Virus record (IMG/VR): IMGVR_UViG_3300033109_000111
Location: 1-31,424 of that record
Source of the DNA: a virus
Lineage: Duplodnaviria; Caudoviricetes
Strand: one strand, 5' to 3'
DNA: 31,424 bases
Below, one piece after another: positions 8,713 through 15,658 of this stretch. A model generated the notes under the pieces. The model ran no database searches and was not told where the DNA came from. It saw only the letters and a list, made by a program, of their open reading frames with translations. The translations under genes were made by a program, and so were the position numbers. The number at the start of each line of letters is the position of its first letter. Position 1 is the stretch's first letter.

Positions 8713-10203
8713 ATGAATACCACTCTGCAAACGCTTGATCTGGTGAAGCAGGCGCTGGCGAATCCGCTGGCGGCGAACCGGATTTCGAAGTCTATTTCGA
8801 CCGGCACGGGGCTGGTCGCCTATGACCTGCAAGCCCCCGCTAAGAATCTGTATCCGACCGCGACGCCGTTGCGCAATCGCATTCCGCGCGTGGGCGGCGG
8901 TACGGGTACGGCGACGAACTGGAAGTCGATCACTGCGCTGATCGGTTCCGGTTATAACGCGATGCCGTGGGTGCCGGAAGGTCAGCGTTCGGCGCGTATG
9001 AGCTACAACGTGCAAAACAAGGCTGCGCCGTATGTGACGATCGGTGAGGAAGATCAGGCGACTTACGAAGCGATCAACGCGGGGAAGGGTTTCGAGGATG
9101 TGAAGGCGCGGATGGTGATGCGTCTGTTGCAGAAGCTGATGCTGAAGGAAGAAGAGGCGCTGATCGGCGGCAATGCTTCCGTGGCGTTGGGTACGCCGGT
9201 TGCGCCGACTGTGGCGACTGTGGCGACCGGCGGTACGGTGGCGGCCGGTTCGTACAATGTGAAGGTGGTGGCGCTGACTTACGAGGGCTTCCGCAATTCC
9301 AGTCTGGTGAGCGGGGTGGCAACCAGCCAGACCGTGACCGGCGCAGACGGTCAGACTTATACCTTGTCCGGCGGTTCTTCGAACATTTCCGCTGCCGGTG
9401 CGGTGACGACCACCGGTTCGACTTCGGTGATTAACGCTTCGGTTACGCCGGTGAACGGTGCGGTGGCGTATGCCTGGTTTGTGGGTACGGCCGGTGCGGA
9501 ACGCCTGAACAAGATTACCAGCATCAACAGTGCGGTGATTACGGCGATCAATACCACTTCGCAACTGGCGACGGCGGTGACTGCCGACAACAGCCGCAAT
9601 GCGAATTTCGCGTTTGACGGTTTGCTGAGCAATGCGTTTGCCGGTACCGGCGCGTATGTGAAGACCATGGCGACCGGCACGGTGGGTGCAGGCACAGGGC
9701 TGACTTCTTCCGGCCGCGGTTCGGTGGATGAAATCGACGCGATGCTGATGGATATGTGGACGAACTACCAAGTGTCGCCTACAGCCATCTTCGTGAACGT
9801 GCAGGAACTGAAGAACATCACCAAGAAAGTGCTGTCTTCTTCCACTGTGCCGTTGTTGCATTACTACGCTTCGCCGGAGGCGGGCGCACAGGCCATCGCG
9901 GCCGGCGGTGCAATCGAGTTCTACTTCAACCCGTACGCACTGGGCGGCGGCTACAAGATTCCGGTCTTGGTGCATCCGACTCTGCCGCCCGGCACGATTC
10001 TGGCGATGGCGGAAAATCTGCCCGCGCAGTATCAGTCCAGCGAAGTGCCGAACGTGGCGGAAGTGAAGACCCGCGCCGACTACTACCAGATCGACTGGCC
10101 GCTGCGTACCCGTGCGCAGGAAGTGGGCGTGTACGCCGAAGAAACGCTGGCGGTGTACGCACCGTTTGCGATGGGCGTCATCACCAACATCGCCGACGCT
10201 TAA
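8713..10203 (+). CDS. Major capsid protein with an internal beta-rich insertion
   Basis: AAGGAG RBS then ATG 8713; 496 aa; follows the protease; N-terminal YDLQAPAKNLYP..TPLRNRIPR and C-terminal ETLAVYAPFAMGVITNI resemble HK97-fold capsid ends. Confidence 0.8.
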   Translation: MNTTLQTLDLVKQALANPLAANRISKSISTGTGLVAYDLQAPAKNLYPTATPLRNRIPRVGGGTGTATNWKSITALIGSGYNAMPWVPEGQRSARMSYNVQNKAAPYVTIGEEDQATYEAINAGKGFEDVKARMVMRLLQKLMLKEEEALIGGNASVALGTPVAPTVATVATGGTVAAGSYNVKVVALTYEGFRNSSLVSGVATSQTVTGADGQTYTLSGGSSNISAAGAVTTTGSTSVINASVTPVNGAVAYAWFVGTAGAERLNKITSINSAVITAINTTSQLATAVTADNSRNANFAFDGLLSNAFAGTGAYVKTMATGTVGAGTGLTSSGRGSVDEIDAMLMDMWTNYQVSPTAIFVNVQELKNITKKVLSSSTVPLLHYYASPEAGAQAIAAGGAIEFYFNPYALGGGYKIPVLVHPTLPPGTILAMAENLPAQYQSSEVPNVAEVKTRADYYQIDWPLRTRAQEVGVYAEETLAVYAPFAMGVITNIADA

Positions 10204-10258
10204 TCGGCGCACTGAACGGCGGGCGCGGCGACGCGCCTGCCGCCCGAAAGGAGATTGC

Positions 10259-10627
10259 ATGGAAATGGCTCAAAAATATCAGGCCCCGGTGGGCTGCCCC
10301 GGCGTATCGCTGCTGGGCGAGTTTTACGAAACCGATGCCAACGGCATGGTGGTGATTCCGGCGGGCATTGCCAATGATTTGGAATCGCACGGCTTTGTGC
10401 CGGTGGCGGAAGTGCCGGCGAAGTTGTCCGACCGCCGCGCGCCGGAAGTGATCGCGGCTTTGCCGCAGTTGGCCGACGATGCGCTGGTGAATCTGCTGGC
10501 GGAAGAGCAGGCCGGTTCGGCCCGCAAGACGGTGCTGGCAGCCATCGAAAACGAAATGGCGAAGCGCGCCGCTGCGGTGGCACCGGTTGATCCGGCTGCA
10601 TTGGCCGATGCCGGGAGCGCTGCATAA
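10259..10627 (+). CDS. Small head-associated protein with helical C-terminal domain
   Basis: AAGGAG RBS then ATG 10259; LVNLLAEEQAGSARKTVLAAIE segment typical of small post-capsid phage ORFs; TAATG overlap with the next gene. Confidence 0.7.
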   Translation: MEMAQKYQAPVGCPGVSLLGEFYETDANGMVVIPAGIANDLESHGFVPVAEVPAKLSDRRAPEVIAALPQLADDALVNLLAEEQAGSARKTVLAAIENEMAKRAAAVAPVDPAALADAGSAA

Positions 10628-11175
10628 TGGCCGCGCTCACCACCCTTGCCGATGCGAAGGCGTGGCTGGGCATCAACGGCACGGCGGACGATGTGTTGTT
10701 GCAGCGTCTGATCGATGCGGCGGGCGATTTTATCGAGGCATGGTGCAACCGCTCGTTTGCGGTCAATGCGCATAGCGATAAACGCAACGGCGCAGGCGGC
10801 GTCTGTCTGATGTTGGCGAATCGTCCGATACAGTCGGTGCAGGCCGTGACAGTGGATGGCGTCGCCATTCCTGTTGCGGCGAACGGTCGCGGCGGCTACG
10901 TGTACGACGACATGTCCGTGCAACTGACCGGCGGCTATCGTTTTGCGCCGGGGCGGCTGAATGTCGAGGTGCAATACACCGCCGGTTATTTCGTTATTCC
11001 GCCCGATGTGGCGCAAGCCTGCATCGAAATCGTCGCGCTCAAATATAAAGAGCGCGACCGTATCGGCGTGGCGAGCAAAGGGCTGGCGGGCGAAAGCAGC
11101 AGCTACAGCCTGAAAGATATGCCCGATGCTGCCCGCGCTTTGCTGACCCAGTATCGCAACGTGGTGCCTGCATGA
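10627..11175 (+). CDS. Head-tail adaptor (gp6/gp15-like connector)
   Basis: LTTLADAKAWL..DDVLLQRLIDAA..IEAWCNR and YTAGY..IPPDVAQACIEIVA motifs; synteny. Confidence 0.85.
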   Translation: MAALTTLADAKAWLGINGTADDVLLQRLIDAAGDFIEAWCNRSFAVNAHSDKRNGAGGVCLMLANRPIQSVQAVTVDGVAIPVAANGRGGYVYDDMSVQLTGGYRFAPGRLNVEVQYTAGYFVIPPDVAQACIEIVALKYKERDRIGVASKGLAGESSSYSLKDMPDAARALLTQYRNVVPA

Positions 11176-11591
11176 TTGCCGCTGAGATTCGCGGCGTCGA
11201 AGGCGTGGTGCAGCGCCTGCAAGCGCTGCCGCAACGCACCGAGACTGTGCTGGAAGGCTCGATAGGCCAACTGGCGCTGGAGCTGGCAAAACGCTTGGGG
11301 CCGGGGCGCACGCTGCCGGTACGCACCGAGCGCAGCGGCGCAGGGGTGACGGGCATGGTCGGGTATAGCGCGAACAATCCCGGCTTGCCGGGCGGGTCCG
11401 CGCTGCCCGAGCCTGTGTCTGCCAAATTGGGCAAGCTGGCGGGGACTACCCGGCCTGCGCCGCCCGATCTGGCCCCGGCGCAACCGCCGCAGGATTCCTT
11501 CCTGTCCGGCGTACTGGCCGATCTGCAACCGCAAGCCGTCCGCGACATCGGGGCGGCACTCAACCGTTCAATACAAGAGGTCATGGCATGA
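11172..11591 (+). CDS. Putative neck/tail-completion protein (HK97 gp10-like, divergent)
   Basis: Position and ATGA overlaps; N-terminal EIRGVEGVVQRL and C-terminal P..SFL..L ends; Pro-rich middle. Confidence 0.5.
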   Translation: MIAAEIRGVEGVVQRLQALPQRTETVLEGSIGQLALELAKRLGPGRTLPVRTERSGAGVTGMVGYSANNPGLPGGSALPEPVSAKLGKLAGTTRPAPPDLAPAQPPQDSFLSGVLADLQPQAVRDIGAALNRSIQEVMA

Positions 11592-12010
11592 CACGCGAAC
11601 CGATCTACGCCGCGCTTTTCAATCTGCTGCAAAATCTGCCCGGCATCGTCACGGCCTCGCGCCGTCTGCGGCACTGGAACGATGTGCCGCGCGCTAACCA
11701 GCCTGCACTGTATATGGTGCAAAAGTCGGAATCGGCGCAGACCATCACCGGCCAGCCGACCAAATGGCTGCTGCGCCTGAACGTATATTTATACGTGAAT
11801 ACCGCCGACCGGACGCAAAGCCCGGCAGAGGTGATGAACCCGCTGCTGGATGCGATCAGCGCAGCACTGGAGCCGCCCCCCGCAATCGGCAAACAAACCC
11901 TCGGCGGGCTGGTGTACTACTGCCGCATCGCCGGCGAAATTCAAACCGACGAAGGCGCGCTGGGCGACCAGTCCGTTGCCATTATCCCGGTCGAACTGCT
12001 CGCAGTCTGA
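11588..12010 (+). CDS. Putative tail terminator protein
   Basis: 140 aa immediately before the tail tube; MTREPIYAALF start, QPALY and TLGGLV segments. Confidence 0.65.
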   Translation: MTREPIYAALFNLLQNLPGIVTASRRLRHWNDVPRANQPALYMVQKSESAQTITGQPTKWLLRLNVYLYVNTADRTQSPAEVMNPLLDAISAALEPPPAIGKQTLGGLVYYCRIAGEIQTDEGALGDQSVAIIPVELLAV

Positions 12011-12035
12011 CCCACCCTTCACTCGTAGCAACCAC

Positions 12036-12056
12036 GCCGCCTCGTGCGGCTTTTTT
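12036..12056 (+). terminator. Terminator-like hairpin before the tail tube gene
   Basis: GCCGC-CTCGT-GCGGC then T6, followed by ATTTCCACAAGGAG. Confidence 0.6.
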
Positions 12057-12076
12057 ATTTCCACAAGGAGAACAAC

Positions 12077-12835
12077 ATGGCTCAATACAGCTTTGGTGCA
12101 GGCGTCCTTTTTGCACGCCAACTGACGGATGCCTCCGGCACCGCTATCGCCAATCCGACCCCGATCGAATTCGGCGTATTGCAAGACGTCACACTGGACG
12201 TCTCTTTCGACCTGAAACAACTCTACGGTCAAAACCAATTCCCGGTCGCCATGGCGCGCGGCAAGGGCAAAATCACCGGCAAGGCCAAAGCGGCTGAAAT
12301 CAATGGCGGCTTGCTGAACGGCATCCTGTTCGGCCAAACACTGGCAACCGGTCTGGTCGGCGTCTTCAAAGCGACCTCCACCACCACCGTCGCCGCCACG
12401 ATCACCGTCGCACCGCCCGCAGCCGGCACCTACCAGAAAGACCTGGGCGTATATTCCGCCACCGACGGCAAACCCTACACCCGCGTGGCCTCCGCCCCGG
12501 CACTGGATCAGTACACCGTCAACGAAGCCACCGGCGCATACACCTTCAACACCGGCGACATCGGCGCACTGGTCTATATCGACTACAGCTACACCGCAGC
12601 CGCAGGCGGCGTCAAATCCACCGTAGTCAATTTGCCGATGGGCTACACCCCCACCTTCAGCATCGACCTGAATCTGGACTACAACGGCAAAAAGGCCACC
12701 ATCCAACTGCCGAACTGCACCTCCGACAAAGTGGGCATCGCCACCAAACTGGAAGACTTCATGATTCCCGAATTCAGCTTCCAGGCCTTTGCCGACGCAA
12801 TGGGCAACGTCATGACCTACAGCTTCACGGAGTAA
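12077..12835 (+). CDS. Major tail tube protein with inserted beta-sandwich module
   Basis: AAGGAG RBS then ATG 12077; 252 aa; precedes chaperones and tape measure; FGAGVLF and FGVLQDVTLD motifs. Confidence 0.8.
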   Translation: MAQYSFGAGVLFARQLTDASGTAIANPTPIEFGVLQDVTLDVSFDLKQLYGQNQFPVAMARGKGKITGKAKAAEINGGLLNGILFGQTLATGLVGVFKATSTTTVAATITVAPPAAGTYQKDLGVYSATDGKPYTRVASAPALDQYTVNEATGAYTFNTGDIGALVYIDYSYTAAAGGVKSTVVNLPMGYTPTFSIDLNLDYNGKKATIQLPNCTSDKVGIATKLEDFMIPEFSFQAFADAMGNVMTYSFTE

Positions 12836-12841
12836 TGACAC

Positions 12842-13159
12842 ATGGCTGACATCATCGACGGCGTAAGCATTCGCATGGGCGGCAAGGAATGGGTGGTGCC
12901 GCCGCTCACCTTCCGCGCACTGCGCAACCTGCGGCACGACATCCAGGCACTGGCCGAAAGCTCCGGCGCACTGCCCGGAGACGAAGCCATGGACGGCATC
13001 ATCGAAATCGTGCACACCGCCATGAAGCGCAACTACCCCGAACTCACCCGCGACGAAATCGAAGACATGCTCGACATAGCCAATATGCAGCACGTCATCG
13101 CCGCCATCATGGGTGCATCCGGGCTGGTCGCGCAGGGGGAAGCCAAGGCGGGGAACTAG
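12842..13159 (+). CDS. Tail assembly chaperone (gpG-like)
   Basis: 105 aa after the tail tube; ends in slippery G-runs (CAG GGG GAA ... GCG GGG AAC TAG). Confidence 0.75.
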   Translation: MADIIDGVSIRMGGKEWVVPPLTFRALRNLRHDIQALAESSGALPGDEAMDGIIEIVHTAMKRNYPELTRDEIEDMLDIANMQHVIAAIMGASGLVAQGEAKAGN

Positions 13160-13419
13160 ACTGGGGTCAACTGTATTGCCACCTCATCGCCTGCACGGGA
13201 TGGACATGGGAATACATCGACGACCACATGACCATTCCCCGCCTCAAAGAAATGACCGCCTACTGGCGGCAAAACCCGCCGCTGCACCTCATGGTCGCGG
13301 CATACTTCGGCGCGGGCGAAAGCCCGCCCAAAGAAAACAAGCAGCAAGACCTGAGCGAACTGCTTGGCAACATCCCCATGGTACAGCAACAACCACGGCG
13401 GAAACCCCCCTCGACCTGA
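13135..13419 (+). CDS. Tail assembly chaperone gpT-like segment, likely reached by -1 frameshift
   Basis: The -1 frame reads ELDWGQLYCHLIACTGWTWEYIDDHMTIPRL... with no RBS/start of its own ahead of the conserved part; overlaps the gpG 3' end at GGGGGAA (13135-13141). Confidence 0.7.
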   Translation, partial: GGSQGGELDWGQLYCHLIACTGWTWEYIDDHMTIPRLKEMTAYWRQNPPLHLMVAAYFGAGESPPKENKQQDLSELLGNIPMVQQQPRRKPPST

Positions 13420-13624
13420 CCTCCTCCCCGGGACACAGAACCGAGGGGCAAACGGCGCCTCCCGAAAGGACGCGCCACCCGGCCTGCTCCCCCCTCTCTC
13501 CAGAGCAGGCCGCCGTTCCCCCGCGCAAGCGGGGGAACACCTATTTGCAAAGGCTGGACAACACCAGCCTTTTTACAAGAAATGACACTGCAACCAACGT
13601 GTAATCCTATGGATTAGAAAGATA

Positions 13625-13654
13625 TTGACGGGAAGTGGTGTATAAAGTTAAGAT
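13625..13654 (+). promoter_or_regulatory. Possible promoter of the small ORF/ART pair
   Basis: TTGACG-N18-TAAGAT in an AT-rich intergenic tract. Confidence 0.35.
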
Positions 13655-13705
13655 GGCACGGCGCTATTAATACTTATGTAAGTTAAACGTTTACCGAGAT
13701 ATCAA

Positions 13706-13930
13706 ATGCAAGCTTCATTAACACAAGCTGAAAAAGTGGCGAGGAAGCCTGCTACAACATCAAGGCAACAGCCTCAGTTTGTTCGTGAAAAAACACCCGC
13801 ACAAGAACTCGCTGAACTGCGCGAGTACGGGCAATACCTGCGTCAACATCCAGAAGAGGCCAAGGCCATGCTGGTTAAAATAGGTATATGCCTTAGGAAC
13901 GGGAAACTCACCAAAGCCTACGGCGGCTAA
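13706..13930 (+). CDS. Small basic protein, candidate antitoxin
   Basis: 74 aa, translationally coupled (TAATG) to the ART-fold gene; antitoxin role is inferred from arrangement only. Confidence 0.5.
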   Translation: MQASLTQAEKVARKPATTSRQQPQFVREKTPAQELAELREYGQYLRQHPEEAKAMLVKIGICLRNGKLTKAYGG

Positions 13931-14541
13931 TGCCACAACAGGATTACTCCCGTTACGAACTGCTGCCGGGATTACTGCTTGGCTTTCATGGCACAGACCA
14001 AAAAATAGTCGAAAATCTGCTCTCAGGAAAAGAGCCTCACCTCAAACCTAGCAAGAACGATTACGATTGGCTAGGCCACGGCATCTACTTTTGGGAATAC
14101 AGCCCTGCACGGGCGATTGAGTTTGCTCAGCATGGCGCGAATGGTGGTAGATCAACGAGGGGAAAAATAAAGGCCCCAGCGGTGATCGGCGCGATCATTG
14201 ACCCCAAGCGCTGCCTCAACCTATTGGAAGCCTCAGCGCTTGATCAGTTGAGAGAAGCTTATAACGCACTTGAAATCTTCCGAGATGTTGGGCTGATGGA
14301 GGAGATGCCTGAAAACAAAGGAGGCAATGACCTTCTAAGGCGGCATCTTGACTGTGCTGTTATCGAAACCTTGCATGGGATGAGGCAGTCTAAAGAGCAA
14401 CCTGCCTACGACACCGTGCGCAGCGCCTTCTGGGAAGGCGCCCCACTTTACCCTAATGCGGGCTTTAAAGAAAAAAACCACGTACAAATTTGTGTGCGAA
14501 ATACCGACTGCATCATTGGTTACTTCAGACCAATACCCTAA
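13930..14541 (+). CDS. ADP-ribosyltransferase-fold protein (H-Y-x clade), candidate toxin
   Basis: GFHGT (H20), WLGHGIYFWE (Y53), HVQICV (Q186 at the usual catalytic strand). Confidence 0.7.
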   Translation: MPQQDYSRYELLPGLLLGFHGTDQKIVENLLSGKEPHLKPSKNDYDWLGHGIYFWEYSPARAIEFAQHGANGGRSTRGKIKAPAVIGAIIDPKRCLNLLEASALDQLREAYNALEIFRDVGLMEEMPENKGGNDLLRRHLDCAVIETLHGMRQSKEQPAYDTVRSAFWEGAPLYPNAGFKEKNHVQICVRNTDCIIGYFRPIP

Positions 14542-14634
14542 GCCTGTGTAATTTACCAACTGCGCATACGCTGAAACTCAGCGCGCATGAATATTAAACG
14601 CACCAAGAATTGTGCCGAAGATTAGTCGCCCTCC

Positions 14635-14984
14635 ACGGCTTGCGCACAATTTAGTTGTGCGATACCCTCCGCAAAACTAACCCGGAGGAACCATGCGCCT
14701 GCCTGCTTTGCTGAAAACCCTGCTGCTCGGCATCACCCTGATTGCTGCCCCCGCCTTGGCCGAAGAGGCTGTGCCGCTGGATGCCAATGGCCGCGTGCCG
14801 GTCGGCTTTAAAGGCGACGATGCGGAAAAGATTTTTGATGCCATCGCCAAGCTGCCGAATCTGTATAAAGACCAGTTCGAAACCGAAGCGGAATACCAAA
14901 CCCGCATGAAGAATTTCGACCGTAATGCAGTGACTTTCGAAGGCGGTAAAAACCTCGGCTCACGCTTTGCGTTTGTGATGCAAA
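14635..14984 (+). repeat. Cassette 5' repeat, copy 1 (promoter, RBS and first ~97 codons)
   Basis: Matches 18608-18957 with 5 mismatches by manual comparison; a shorter match starts at 19608. Confidence 0.95.
14640..14668 (+). promoter_or_regulatory. Putative sigma70 promoter with operator-like palindrome (identical at 18613-18641 and 19613-19641)
   Basis: TTGCGC-N17-TACCCT overlapping the inverted repeat CGCACAA-TTTAG-TTGTGCG. Confidence 0.6.
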
Positions 14985-15535
14985 GAAGTTCGAGTAAGCT
15001 AGGTGATAGATATGATCCAGAGAAGAAGATGTACAGCGCCAGAGGCGCCTCACTTATTTCTGCTAGTACTCATGTCAAGCGTGGTGAGCGATTGATTGTT
15101 GATTTCATGCAGCTTGCTGGTTTTGATGTAAAGTCGCTAGAAACTGAAACAGGTAGTTATATAGGCAGAAATGCTTTTGGCGCAGAGGTGAAAATTAAGA
15201 AGCGCCAAGTGCAAGAGGTTTTGGTTGGTAAAACTTACCAAAGCTCAGCAGGGCGTGAAGATGATGAATATTATGCGCTGGAAAGAAAAGTAGCTAATTT
15301 CTCTCTCCCTACCGAAAAGGCACGTGAAGCGATTGGGAATACCCGCATGGTGGTGATCGGTACATTCAAGCCGCCGTTTGTCGAGCGCGGCTGGGAACTG
15401 GAAAAGCCGACGATGGATTATCCGATTGATCGCAGCACCGAGGTAAAGGCGTTGATGATTAATATTGAAGAGATTTGGATTTATAACGAGCAAAACGGCG
15501 AGATTTATAACAAGGTTAAGGTAAATAGCCGGTAA
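14693..15535 (+). CDS. Secreted/periplasmic protein, paralogue 1 (moron-like)
   Basis: GGAGG RBS; Sec signal peptide ending ALA|EE; KDQFETEAEYQTR motif; own promoter and terminator. Confidence 0.85.
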   Translation: MRLPALLKTLLLGITLIAAPALAEEAVPLDANGRVPVGFKGDDAEKIFDAIAKLPNLYKDQFETEAEYQTRMKNFDRNAVTFEGGKNLGSRFAFVMQRSSSKLGDRYDPEKKMYSARGASLISASTHVKRGERLIVDFMQLAGFDVKSLETETGSYIGRNAFGAEVKIKKRQVQEVLVGKTYQSSAGREDDEYYALERKVANFSLPTEKAREAIGNTRMVVIGTFKPPFVERGWELEKPTMDYPIDRSTEVKALMINIEEIWIYNEQNGEIYNKVKVNSR

Positions 15536-15551
15536 GTTTTGCCGGATGGAT

Positions 15552-15577
15552 AAAAAAGGCCGCGCAAGCGGCCTTTT
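15552..15577. terminator. Bidirectional intrinsic terminator after paralogue 1
   Basis: A6-GGCCGC-GCAA-GCGGCC-T4. Confidence 0.8.
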
Positions 15578-15621
15578 GCTTTTGAAGTGTGATATCGCCT
15601 TTTTGTGGAAGAGGCGAGCCG

Positions 15622-15643
15622 GGCCGCGTAAGCGGCCTTTTTT
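15622..15643 (+). terminator. Terminator-like hairpin before the tape measure gene
   Basis: GGCCGC-GTAA-GCGGCC-T6. Confidence 0.7.
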
Positions 15644-15658
15644 CTTGGGTGGTGCAAC

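Noticed and set aside
10218-10244. Terminator after the capsid gene
   Set aside because: GC hairpin without a U tract; more likely an mRNA-stabilising structure.
13515-13540. CRISPR array
   Set aside because: Only one repeat-like palindrome; no spacers and no cas genes.
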